A DNA stretch of 34,460 nt, from positions 1-34,460 of the forward strand of contig CAXHJY010000917.1 of NCBI GenBank assembly GCA_964016885.1, read 5' to 3'. Below are positions 13,831-27,387 of this stretch, in pieces. The translations under genes were made by a program, and so were the position numbers. Position 1 is the first letter of the stretch. Each line of letters opens with the position of its first letter. A model generated the notes under the pieces. That model was not told where the DNA came from. It worked only from the letters and a program-made list of their open reading frames with translations, and ran no database searches. The DNA is from Eledone cirrhosa (taxonomy: Eukaryota).

Positions 13831-14302
13831 TTCCCTTGCTTTTATCGAGAATCTAATTGTAATACGTGACGTATTCTATTCTATAGCGATTAGGTCTTCA
13901 AAATGTTTATTATAAACATACAGAGTATTTTCGAATATTCTATGTCTATATTCACATATATATCGCTATTTCAGAGCATTTATTCCAATTTCTAATTTCT
14001 GCCGGACCGGCAACCGCTCTTTCAAACCAGTTCCTGTACACAGCTAAGTATTCTATAAGTCTCTAGCTGTGTCATTCTCGATAAAAGCACTGGATATGTA
14101 GTCCTGATGATTTCTAACGAGAATGAAACGCGTAGATTACTTCCCTTGCTTTTATCGAGAATCTAATTGTAATACGTGACGTATTCTATTCTATAGCGAT
14201 TAGGTCTTCAAAATGTTTATTATAAACATACAGAGTATTTTCGAATATTCTATGTCTATATTCACATATATATCGCTATTTCAGAGCATTTATTCCAATT
14301 AG

Positions 14303-14375
<73 letters not shown>

Positions 14376-14384
14376 ATATATATG

Positions 14385-14447
<63 letters not shown>

Positions 14448-14456
14448 GTATATATG

Positions 14457-14503
<47 letters not shown>

Positions 14504-14520
14504 GTATATATGTATATATG

Positions 14521-14551
<31 letters not shown>

Positions 14552-14806
14552 GTATATATGTATATATATATATGTATATGTATATATGTATATATATATA
14601 TGTATATGTATATATGTATATATATATGTGTATATATATGTATATGTATATATATATGTGTATATATATGTATATATATATGTATATATATATATATATG
14701 TATATGTATATGTATATATATGTATATATATATATATGTATATATATATATGTATATATATATATGTATATATATATATGTATATATATATATGTATATA
14801 TATATG

Positions 14807-14843
<37 letters not shown>

Positions 14844-14844
14844 G

Positions 14845-14891
<47 letters not shown>

Positions 14892-14985
14892 GTATATATA
14901 TATATGTATATATATATATGTATGTATATATATGTATATGTATATATATATATGTATATATATATATGTATATATATATATGTAT

Positions 14986-15049
<64 letters not shown>

Positions 15050-15426
15050 GTATATATATATATGTATATATATATATGTATATATATATGTATATATATA
15101 TATGTATATGTATATATGTATATGTATATATATATATGTATATATATGTATATATATATATGTATATATATATATGTATATGTATATATATATATGCATA
15201 TATATATATGTATATATATATATGTATATATATATATGTATATATATATATGTATATATATATGTATATATATATATGTATATATATATATATGTATATG
15301 TATATATGTGTATATATATATATTTGTATATATATATATATGTATATATATATATGTATATATATATATGTATATGTATATATATATATGTATATATATG
15401 TATATATATATATGTATATATATATG

Positions 15427-15457
<31 letters not shown>

Positions 15458-15500
15458 GTATATATATATGTATATATATATATATGTATATATATATATG

Positions 15501-15547
<47 letters not shown>

Positions 15548-15627
15548 GTATATATATATATGTATATATATATATGTATATGTATATATATATATGTATA
15601 TATATATATGTATATATATATGTATAT

Positions 15628-15693
<66 letters not shown>

Positions 15694-15828
15694 GTATATA
15701 TATATATGTATATATATATATGTATATATATATATGTATATATATATATGTATATGTATATATATATATGTATATATATGTATATATATATATGTATATA
15801 TATATATGTATATGTATATATATATATG

Positions 15829-15859
<31 letters not shown>

Positions 15860-15932
15860 GTATATATATATGTATATATATATATGTATATATATATATG
15901 TATATATATATATATGTATATGTATATATGTG

Positions 15933-15963
<31 letters not shown>

Positions 15964-16205
15964 GTATATATATATATGTATATATATATATGTATATGTA
16001 TATATATATATGTATATATATGTATATAATAAATGTATATATATATATGTATATATATATATGTATATATATATATGTATATATATATATGTATATATAT
16101 ATATGTATATATATATATATACATATATATATATGTATATATATATATGTATATATATATATATGTATATGTATATATGTGTATATATATATATATGTAT
16201 ATATA

Positions 16206-16258
<53 letters not shown>

Positions 16259-16285
16259 GTATATATGTATATATATATATATGTA

Positions 16286-16322
<37 letters not shown>

Positions 16323-16365
16323 GTATATATATATATGTATATATGTATATATATATATATGTATA

Positions 16366-17880
16366 TTCTCTTTTACTCTTTTACTCTTTTACCTGTTTCA
16401 GCCATCCGGCTGAGGCCATGCTGGGGCACCGCCCTTGTTGCTACACATTTTATCTCCAGCCTGTATAGGTTGGCCACTGGTGTAGGAGGGAGTTTGTTGC
16501 TGCTGCCCTTAGGTTTCCCTCATGCCTTGCTGTGGGCTCATCCGGGATCCTGGATAACAAGGTGTCGAGATGTTTCTTGAAGACATCCACCTCCACGTCA
16601 TGCAAGTCTCGCAGATGCCTCGCAGATGCCTCGGCAGATGTCTCGGCAGATGCCTCGGCAGCCTGTTGAAGAGTTGAGGGCCCTTGAATCCCAGGCTATT
16701 GCAATACCTGCTCCTTATTCTAGATGTGGAAGACGGGACCTTTGGCACCACACAGTGACGTCCTGTTCGACGGTTGGTCCAGCTCCCAATGCCAAAGTTT
16801 GGTGCTAGTCCCTCCAGGATTTTCCACATGTAGATCACTGCGTATCTCTCCCGTCTTCGCTCCAAGGAGTAGAGGTTCAGTTCCTTCAGCCTCTCCCAGT
16901 AGCTTCTCTCCCTCATCTTGGCAATCCTCTTGGTGTAGCTTCGCTGGATTGCCTCAAGCTCCGTGGTTAATTTGACACTATGGGGTGACCACAGCTGGGA
17001 GCAGTAGTCCAGGCGGCTTAGGACAAAAGTCCTCCACAGTGTCAACATGGTGTCTCGATCTCTTGTAAGAAAAGTCCTCAAGATCCAGCCAGCGAATCGT
17101 CTACATGCTGTCGCCACCTTCATGATGTGTGAAGAAAAAGATGCATCATCGCTCATGTCTATGCCCAGGTCTCGCATCGATTTTGACACGGGGATATCGG
17201 TCCCTCCTGGTCCTGTGTAGCTGTGTTCCGCTATATTTGTGTTTGTGTTTGCAGGTTTGTATTGTAGGGCTTGGAATTTGCCAGCATTAAACTGCATGTT
17301 GTTTTCTTCCGCCCATCTGTATATGGCATCCAGATCCTGCTGTAAGAGGGCAGCGTCAGCCGGGTTTTTGATTACCTGTGCTACCTTAGTGTCATCAGCA
17401 TAGCTAGTGAGGGATGTTGTTGCATGCACTACAGAGGGCATGTCCGAGAGAGCCACCAAAAACAGTAGTGGTCCCAGGACTGTCCCCTGAGGCACCCCAC
17501 TTGTTATCGGTGTTTCCCTTGAGAGGGCCCCATTTGCTGCGACTGCCTGGCTTCTGTTCCTTAGGAAGCCATGCAGCCACTCACCTACTTTTCCAGTTAT
17601 GCCGAGTCCGTGTAGTTTGTGACATATCATTCCGTGGTCGACCTTGTCAAAGGCCTTCGCAAAGTCAAGATACATCACGTCTACATGTGAGCTGTCTAGC
17701 AGTTGTCTCAGTACCCGGTTGTAGTGATGTAGCAGCTGTGTAAGGCAGCTTCTTCCTGGACGGAAGCCATGTTGCGTGCTAGTCAGGCGGTCATTTTCTT
17801 CGAGGAAAGTGATTAGTTTCTTTCTGACGACTCGCTCCATGACTTTACTGATATGCGACGTCAGGGAGACTGGCCTATAG
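16366..17880 (-). mobile_element. 5'-truncated CR1-group LINE, family B
   Basis: RT ORF remnant, 3' UTR ending GGCGGTGCCCCAGCATGGCCTCAGCCGGATGGCTGAAACAG, and a (GTAAAAGA)x3 tail. Confidence 0.92.
16450..17879 (-). pseudogene. ORF2 complete RT domain plus C-terminus, frameshifted near the end
   Basis: Motifs [44 protein letters not shown] and YADDTK. An irregular 12-bp tandem expansion at ~16611-16670 shifts the frame. The homologous tail [13 protein letters not shown] ends at TAA 16450-16452. Confidence 0.92.
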
Positions 17881-17883
17881 ATG

Positions 17884-17982
<99 letters not shown>

Positions 17983-18076
17983 GTATATACATATATATGT
18001 ACATATATATATATGTATATATATATATATGTATATATATATATGTATATATATATGTATATATATATGTATATAT

Positions 18077-18108
<32 letters not shown>

Positions 18109-18339
18109 GTATATGTATATATGTATATGTATATATGTATATATATATATGTATATGTATATGTATATATGTATATGTATATATGTATATATATATATGT
18201 ATATGTATATATATATATGTATATGTATATATGTATATGTATATATGTATATGTATATGTGTATATATGTATATGTATATATGTATATATATATATGTAT
18301 ATATATATACATATATATATATGTGTATATATATATATG

Positions 18340-18370
<31 letters not shown>

Positions 18371-18541
18371 GTATATATATATATGTATATATATATATGT
18401 ATATATATCTATGAGTATATATATATGTATATATATATATATGTATATATATATATGTATATATATATATGTATATATATATATGTATATATATATATGT
18501 GTATATATATATATGTATATATATATATGTATATATATATG

Positions 18542-18572
<31 letters not shown>

Positions 18573-18751
18573 GTATATATATATATGTATATATATATGT
18601 ATATATATGTATATATATATATGTATATATATATGTATATATATATATGTATATATATATGTATATATAAATATATGTATATATATATATATGTATATAT
18701 ATATATGTATATATATATGTATATATGTATATATATATATATATGTATATA

Positions 18752-18798
<47 letters not shown>

Positions 18799-18864
18799 GG
18801 ATATATATGTATATATGTATATATATATATACATATATTTATATATACATATATATATATATAC

Positions 18865-18915
<51 letters not shown>

Positions 18916-18930
18916 CATATATATATATTC

Positions 18931-19021
<91 letters not shown>

Positions 19022-19034
19022 TATATATATATAC

Positions 19035-19065
<31 letters not shown>

Positions 19066-19096
19066 CATATATATATATACATATATATATACATAC

Positions 19097-19127
<31 letters not shown>

Positions 19128-19142
19128 CATATATATATATAC

Positions 19143-19207
<65 letters not shown>

Positions 19208-19336
19208 CATGTATATATACATATATATATATACATATATATATATACATATATATATATACATATATATATATACATATATATACATATATATATATAT
19301 ACATATATATACATATATATATATACATATATATAC

Positions 19337-19381
<45 letters not shown>

Positions 19382-19402
19382 CATATATATATATATACAT
19401 AC

Positions 19403-19437
<35 letters not shown>

Positions 19438-19448
19438 CATATATATAC

Positions 19449-19497
<49 letters not shown>

Positions 19498-19564
19498 CAT
19501 ATATATATATTTATACATATATATATATATACATATATATATATACATACATATATATATATAC

Positions 19565-19595
<31 letters not shown>

Positions 19596-19758
19596 CATAT
19601 ATATATATACATATATATATATATACATATATATATATACATATATATACATATATATATACATATATATATATACATATATATACATATATATATACAT
19701 ATATATATATACATATAATATATATATACATAATATATATATATACATATATATATAC

Positions 19759-19790
<32 letters not shown>

Positions 19791-20049
19791 GTATATGTAT
19801 ATATATGTATATGTATATGTATATATGTATATGTATATATATGTATATATGTATATATGTATATGTATATATATGTATATATATATATATGTATATATAT
19901 ATGTATATGTATATGTATATATGTATATGTATATATATGTATATGTATATATATGTATATGTATATATATGTATATGTATATGTATATATATGTATATGT
20001 ATATGTATATATATGTATATGTATATATATGTATATGTATATATATATG

Positions 20050-20098
<49 letters not shown>

Positions 20099-20144
20099 GT
20101 ATATGTATATATATATGTATATATATATATATATATGTATATGT

Positions 20145-20266
<122 letters not shown>

Positions 20267-20307
20267 GTATATGTATATATATATATGTATATATATATAT
20301 GTATATG

Positions 20308-20382
<75 letters not shown>

Positions 20383-20444
20383 GTATATTATATATATATA
20401 TGTATATATATATATATGTATATATATTATATATATGTATATAT

Positions 20445-20494
<50 letters not shown>

Positions 20495-20534
20495 GTATAT
20501 GTATATATATATATGTATATGTATATATATATAT

Positions 20535-21077
20535 GTGGGTGCTGTGGGTTGTAATTGTGCTAACGACAGCTGCGGTAGCGCAGCTAGCAACGTAGGCAGC
20601 AACAATGATAGCCTTATCGTGGGAAATAGACGGAACCGCGACAGAAATTGCAACTGCCGCGACAGAGGACGCTGCCCCCTTAGAGGATACTGCTTGACCG
20701 ATAGGGTTATATATAGATGCACTAGTACTAGCCACAATAGCGTTAAACATTATATAGCGGCCACCTCCGGCCCGTTCAAAATTAGGTTTCGAACACATCT
20801 CCACTCTTTCACAAATAGAAAACTAAGGCACTCCACCTCGCTCGCGGACTACATCACATCACTAAAGGACTTAAACATTAGCTTCTCCACGCACTGGGAG
20901 ATTGTCGGCAGGGCTGCACCGTACAACTTCAAGAGGAAATGCGATCTTTGCCTCATGGAGCTCTACCACATCATAACTGCACCCCACGAGCTCATCAACA
21001 GCAGAGCTGAAACAGCGATAAGTTGTACACATCGCTTAAAAATATCCTTCTTTAGATGGGTTAAGAATGAAGAGTGA
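20535..21077 (+). pseudogene. GIY-YIG endonuclease domain with Cys-rich linker
   Basis: CNC-x5-CPLRGYC linker, VIY..YIA(G)xT..FKxR..H..SF, W-x-I, CDLCLxE, INSRxE..CxH. Open frame to TGA at 21077. Confidence 0.85.
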
Positions 21078-21368
21078 AATAGTACACTGGATCTCCCTGC
21101 AACAAGTCTTAACACCCCGGCGGGCAGGCGCAGCAAAATAACACCCAGAAAACAATCCTTGCATACCAGACCCAGCCTCAGACAAACGGGGAAAAAAAAA
21201 AAAAAAAAAAAAATTATCTGGGAAAGACTGACCTAACACCGGCCAGAGTTACCTCCCTTGACCTGCTGCAAAATCAAAACAAGATATTTTTGCGAGCAAT
21301 GAATCTTGATGTGGATTTAACCCCCAAAACTCTTTCCGAACTATATAAGGAACACTTGTGATTATTTA

Positions 21369-21408
21369 TGCCCTTGAGAAGCCCAACTGGGCGAAACGTA
21401 CGTAGGTA
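21369..21408 (+). ncRNA. Minimal type I hammerhead, U3-A8 core variant
   Basis: TGCC-c-[TTGAGAA]-GCCCA-ac-TGGGC-[GAAA]-CGTACG-TA/GGTA, with palindromic helix III ACGTACGT. Helix I is short and imperfect. Confidence 0.65.
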
Positions 21409-21661
21409 ATATTTTAAATAAACATGTTTTAACGGTCTATTCTCCGATTTTTCACTTTCCCACGTGCTTACGCTCTGCTAACGGTCTGCTAACGCTCTAG
21501 CCCACGAAATATTAACACTTCGAATATTTAATACTGCCGGCACTAGTATCGAGCACCTTTGGAATACGCTACTTGGCAAATAACTATATGTATCACCTAT
21601 CCCTCCTTTTTCTCTCTTTCTCGGTACGTAAATACTATATATATGTATATATATATATGTA

Positions 21662-21732
<71 letters not shown>

Positions 21733-21823
21733 ATGTATATATGTATATATATATATATATGTATATATGTATATATATATAATATATATGTATATATGTA
21801 TATGTATATATATATATGTATAT

Positions 21824-21879
<56 letters not shown>

Positions 21880-22203
21880 GTATATGTATGTATATATATA
21901 TGTATATATATGTATATATATATGTATATGTATGTATATATATATGTATATGTATGTATATATGTATATATATATATGTATATGTATGTATATATGTATA
22001 TATGTATATGTATGTATATATATATGTATATGTATGTATATATGTATATGTATGTATATGTATGTATATGTATATGTATGTATATATATATATGAATATG
22101 TATGTATATATATATATATGTATATGAATGTATATATATATGTATATGTATGTATATATATGTATATATATATATATGTATATGTATGTATATATATATA
22201 TGT

Positions 22204-22277
<74 letters not shown>

Positions 22278-22280
22278 GTG

Positions 22281-22373
<93 letters not shown>

Positions 22374-22384
22374 GTATATATATG

Positions 22385-22443
<59 letters not shown>

Positions 22444-22496
22444 GTATATGTATGTATATATATATATATGTATATGTATGTATATATATATGTATA

Positions 22497-22882
22497 TGTC
22501 AAGGCAGAATTCTAGGAGAAGGAAAACTCTGATATAACACCTGCAACCCTGATGGTATCCAATGATGTTGACTTGTTCTTCTTTTTGGTAAATATCATCT
22601 TGGTTAAGCGAGTGGGACTGGCTTTGTGCAGTGCCTTTGCACACTATAAAAGCTTCACGGCACAGGCATTGCTTTATATCTGGAGATCTCTCTGCACTTG
22701 TCGTCACATGGTACCATGGGCCCAGCACTATGTGTCAATGATTGTCACAAGTGTAGTGTTTGCACCAGAGTTTTCAAGTCGCTGGCTGGACTAAAAAGTC
22801 ACACTCGTTCAGCGCATCGGTAGGGGTTCTCCTACATGGATATAAAGTAGTGGCCGTACTCGAAGACGAGTTGGCAGCCACC
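22497..22882 (+). mobile_element. Non-autonomous RTE-derived element, copy B
   Basis: Same sequence as copy A, shorter at the 5' end, identical 3' end GGCAGCCACC. Confidence 0.75.
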
Positions 22883-22958
22883 ATGTATATATATATGTAT
22901 GTATATATGTATGTATGTATATATATATGTATGTATGTATGTATATGTATGTATATGT

Positions 22959-23373
22959 ATCACCGGGAGAGATGACCCCTTAGCCTTTGTCAAGGCAGAA
23001 TTCTAGGAGAAGGAAAACTCTGATATAACACCTGCAACCCTGATGGTATCCAATGATGTTGACTTGTTCTTCTTTTTGGTAAATATCATCTTGGTTAAGA
23101 GAGTGGGACTGGCTTTGTGCAGTGCCTTTGCTCACTATAAAAGCTTCACGGCACAGGCATTGCTTTATATCTGGAGATCTCTCTGCACTTGTCGTCACAT
23201 GGTACCATGGGCCCAGCACTGTGTGTCAATCATTGTCACAGGTGTAGTGTTTGTACTAGAGTTTTCAAGTCCCTGGCTGGACTGAAAAGTCACACTCGTT
23301 CAGCGCATCGGTAGGGGTTCTCCTACATGGATATAAAGTAGTGGCCGTACTCGAAAACGAGTTGGCAGCCACC
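22959..23373 (+). mobile_element. Non-autonomous RTE-derived element, copy C
   Basis: Same sequence, a third distinct 5' truncation point, same 3' end. Confidence 0.75.
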
Positions 23374-23433
23374 ATATGTATATATATATATATATATGTA
23401 TATGTATGTATATATATATGTATATGTATGTAT

Positions 23434-23467
<34 letters not shown>

Positions 23468-23617
23468 GTATATGTATGTATATATATATGTATATGTATG
23501 TATATATATGTATATGTATGTATATATATATGTATATGTATGTATATATATATATATGTATATGTATGTATATATATGTATATGTATGTATATATATATG
23601 TATATGTATGTATATAT

Positions 23618-23648
<31 letters not shown>

Positions 23649-23706
23649 CAAGGGCGGTGCCCCAGCATGGCCTCAGCCGGATGGCTGAAACAGGTAAAAG
23701 AGTAAA
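23649..23706 (+). mobile_element. 58-bp 3'-terminal fragment of CR1-group family B (or of a SINE sharing its tail)
   Basis: CAAGGGCGGTGCCCCAGCATGGCCTCAGCCGGATGGCTGAAACAGGTAAAAGAGTAAA is the exact reverse complement of ~16380-16437. Confidence 0.88.
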
Positions 23707-23853
23707 TATATGTATATGTATATATATATACATGTATATGTATGTATATATATATATGTATATGTATATATATATATATGTATATGTATATATATGTATA
23801 AGTATGTATATATATATGTATATGTATATATATATATATGTATATGTATGTAT

Positions 23854-23885
<32 letters not shown>

Positions 23886-24424
23886 GTATATGTATGTATA
23901 TATATATGTATATGTATATATATGTATATGTATGTATATATATATGTATATGTATGTATAGATATAGGTATATGTATGTATATATATAGGTATATGTATG
24001 TATATATATAGGTATGTATATATATATATATGTATATATATAGGTATGTATATATATATATATGTATATATATAGGTATGTATATATATATATATGTATA
24101 TATATAGGTATATATCTATATATATATATATGTATGTGTATATATATGTATGTATATCTATATATATATATGTATGTATATATATAGGTATATATCTATA
24201 TATATATATGTATGTGTATATATATGTATGTATATCTATATATATATGTATGTGTATATATATGTATGTATATCTATATATATATATGTATGTGTATATA
24301 TATGTATGTGTATATATATGTATGTATATCTATAAATATATGTATGTGTATATATATGTATGTATATATATATGTATCTATATATATATATGTATGTGTA
24401 TGTATGTATATATATATATGTATC

Positions 24425-24455
<31 letters not shown>

Positions 24456-24890
24456 GTATCTATATATATATATGTATGTGTATGTATGTATATATATATA
24501 TGTATCTATATATATGTATGTATATATATATATATATGTATCTATATATATATATGTATGTATATATATATATATATGTATCTATATATATATATGTATG
24601 TATATATATATATATATATGTATCTATATATATATATGTATGTATATATATATATGTATCTATATATATATATGTATGTATATATATATATGTATCTATA
24701 TATATATATGTATGTATCTATATATATATATGTATGTATCTATATATATATATGTATGTATCTATATATATATATGTATGTATCTATATATATATATGTA
24801 TATATATATATATGTATCTATATATATATATGTATGTATACATATATATATATGTATGTATATATATATATGTATATATATATATGTATG

Positions 24891-24923
<33 letters not shown>

Positions 24924-25133
24924 GTATCTATATATATATAGGTATATATGTATGTATATATATATATATGTATCTATATATGTATGTATATATATATATA
25001 TGTATCTATATATGTATGTATATATATATATGTATGTATATATATATATATATATGTATCTATATATATAGGTATATATGTATGTATGTATATATATATA
25101 TATATGTATCTATATATATAGGTATATATGTAT

Positions 25134-25663
25134 GGTAACATGTATCCCAGTACAACCTGTCTCATGGTCGGGTCGTTGGCAACTAAACTGGCAACCCCAC
25201 CAAGGTTTCTTGGTGAGGAGGGTGACTTTGGACATCCTGTGGGACTAAAAACAAAACCTGTCAAAGGGCAAAGGAGCTCTTAAGAGTCAATGGCCATCCA
25301 AAATCACCGGGAGAGATGACCCCTTAGCCTTTGTCAAGGCAGAATTCTAGGAGAAGGAAAACTCTGATATAACACCTGCAACCCTGATGGTATCCAATGA
25401 TGTTGACTTTTTCTTCTTTTTGGTAAATATCATTTTGGTTAAGAGAGTGGGACTGGCTTTGTGCAGTGCCTTTACTCACTATAAAAGCTTCACGGCACAG
25501 GCATTGCTTTATATCTGGAGATCTCTCTGCACTTGTCGTCACATGGTACCATGGGCCCAGCACTATGTGTCAATAATTGTCACAAGTGTAGTGTTTGTAC
25601 GAGAGTTTTCAAGTCGCTGGCTGGACTAACAAGTCACACTTGTTTAGCGCATCGGTAGGGGTT
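25134..25663 (+). mobile_element. Non-autonomous RTE-derived element, copy D (longest 5' end, 3' end missing)
   Basis: Extends ~140 bp further 5' than copy A. Breaks off at GTAGGGGTT, before the terminal stem-loop. Confidence 0.75.
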
Positions 25664-26367
25664 AGAAAAATAATATAAGATAAAGGATATTAAGGAAGTA
25701 AAAGTAAAAATAAAAATAAAAATAAAAATAAAAATAAAAATAAAAATAAAAATAAAAATAAAAATAAAATAAACAATGAAAAATAATTGAAAAATAAGGG
25801 GTGCTATCAGTCACAGTTGGGCGGGGTGCTGTCAACATATAGTTACATACAAGCATACACATGGATAAGAGAACAGACAAGAGTAGATAAGATAGATAGG
25901 ATTAGGTAAGAGTAGGTAAAAAATAGGTGAAAAATAGGTAAAAAATAGACTTATAATATATATAAGAAAATATTAAAAAATATAACAAACATACATATAA
26001 AATATAAAATATACAGATAATAGTGATACAGGGTAAGGAATGAAATAAAATAATATAAAATTAAAATTAAAATTATATAAAATAGAACATAATATAATAT
26101 AATCATAAGATAAGATAAACTAAGGTAAACTAAAATAAAATAAAATAGACTAAAATAAAATAATATAATATAAGATAAGATATAATTAAATATAATTAAA
26201 TAAATAAATAAAATTAAATAAATAAATAAAATTAAAATTAAAATTAAATAAATAAATAAATAAATAAGTAAATAAATAAATGAAATTAAATAAATAAATA
26301 AATTAAATTAAATAAAATGAAATGAAATAAAATAAAATAAAATAAAGTAAATTGAGATAAGATAGAT
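25664..26367. repeat. A-rich low-complexity tract, (TAAAAA)n/(TAAAA)n/(TAAA)n
   Basis: Direct reading. A pure TAAAAA run lies at ~25705-25770. Confidence 0.9.
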
Positions 26368-26530
26368 ATTTTTTTAGAATATATCTCTTGAGTATATCAG
26401 GGGCCCACGAAGGCACTAAGTGTCACAGTTATCAGTATCACTTGACCATTTTTTTAAAATATATTTCTTGAATATATCAGGGGCCCACGAAGGCACTAAG
26501 TGTCACAGTTATCAGTATCACTTGACCATT
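26368..26530. repeat. 80-bp direct tandem duplication
   Basis: TATATCAGGGGCCCACGAAGGCACTAAGTGTCACAGTTATCAGTATCACTTGACCATT occurs twice, 80 bp apart. Confidence 0.92.
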
Positions 26531-26739
26531 GCAAGGCAATGGAGGCGTCCCAGGTTGGGCAGTCTCAAAAGTTCACTCGAAAGTCACGGGTGTGCATTCA
26601 CACAGTTGAGCGGTGGGGTAATCACAAACCGGTTCACACCCGGGCAGGGGTCCAATGGTCAAACAGAGGTACATCGAAGGAAGGTAGGAGAATTCGCGTG
26701 CAGTAGCAAGAGGCAGACAATTGGGCCGAAATATATATG

Positions 26740-26794
<55 letters not shown>

Positions 26795-26845
26795 GTATAT
26801 ATATATATGTATATATATATATGTATATATGTATATATATATATG

Positions 26846-26908
<63 letters not shown>

Positions 26909-26962
26909 CTATATATATATATATGTATATATGTATATATAATATATGTATATATATATATG

Positions 26963-27043
<81 letters not shown>

Positions 27044-27044
27044 G

Positions 27045-27091
<47 letters not shown>

Positions 27092-27113
27092 GTATGTATA
27101 TAAATGTATTTAT

Positions 27114-27148
<35 letters not shown>

Positions 27149-27149
27149 G

Positions 27150-27180
<31 letters not shown>

Positions 27181-27387
27181 GTATATATATTATGTATATA
27201 TATATATGTATATATATATTTGTATATATATATATGTATGTATATATATGTATATATATATATATGTTGTATATATATATATGTATATATGTATATGTAT
27301 ATGTATATATATGTATATCTATGTATATATATGTATATTATATATATATATATGTATATATATGTATGTATATATATGTATATATAT

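Larger units (their letters stand above)
12328..14300. repeat. 310-bp hammerhead-containing tandem array (retrozyme-like) with internal inversion
   Basis: Units start at 12328, 12638, 12948, 13258 and 13568 (partial, to 13736). An inverted block of ~1.8 units follows at 13735-14300. No unit differences seen by eye. Confidence 0.95.
20535..21635 (+). mobile_element. 5'-truncated Penelope-like element 3' end (C-terminal endonuclease type, Naiad-like)
   Basis: GIY-YIG ORF end followed by a ~550-bp non-coding tail containing a hammerhead motif. Confidence 0.85.

Noticed and set aside
12328-14300. CRISPR-like array
   Set aside because: Whole 310-bp units are identical with no variable spacers, there are no cas genes, and the context is eukaryotic.
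21290-21360. SECIS element in the Penelope-like 3' region
   Set aside because: An ATGA is present but I found no convincing kink-turn stem, and the ORF fragment has no in-frame TGA.
26368-26530. Ribozyme in the 80-bp duplication (CTGATA.. and GCCTTCGTGGGC on minus)
   Set aside because: I could not assemble a complete hammerhead or HDV fold with the required helices.
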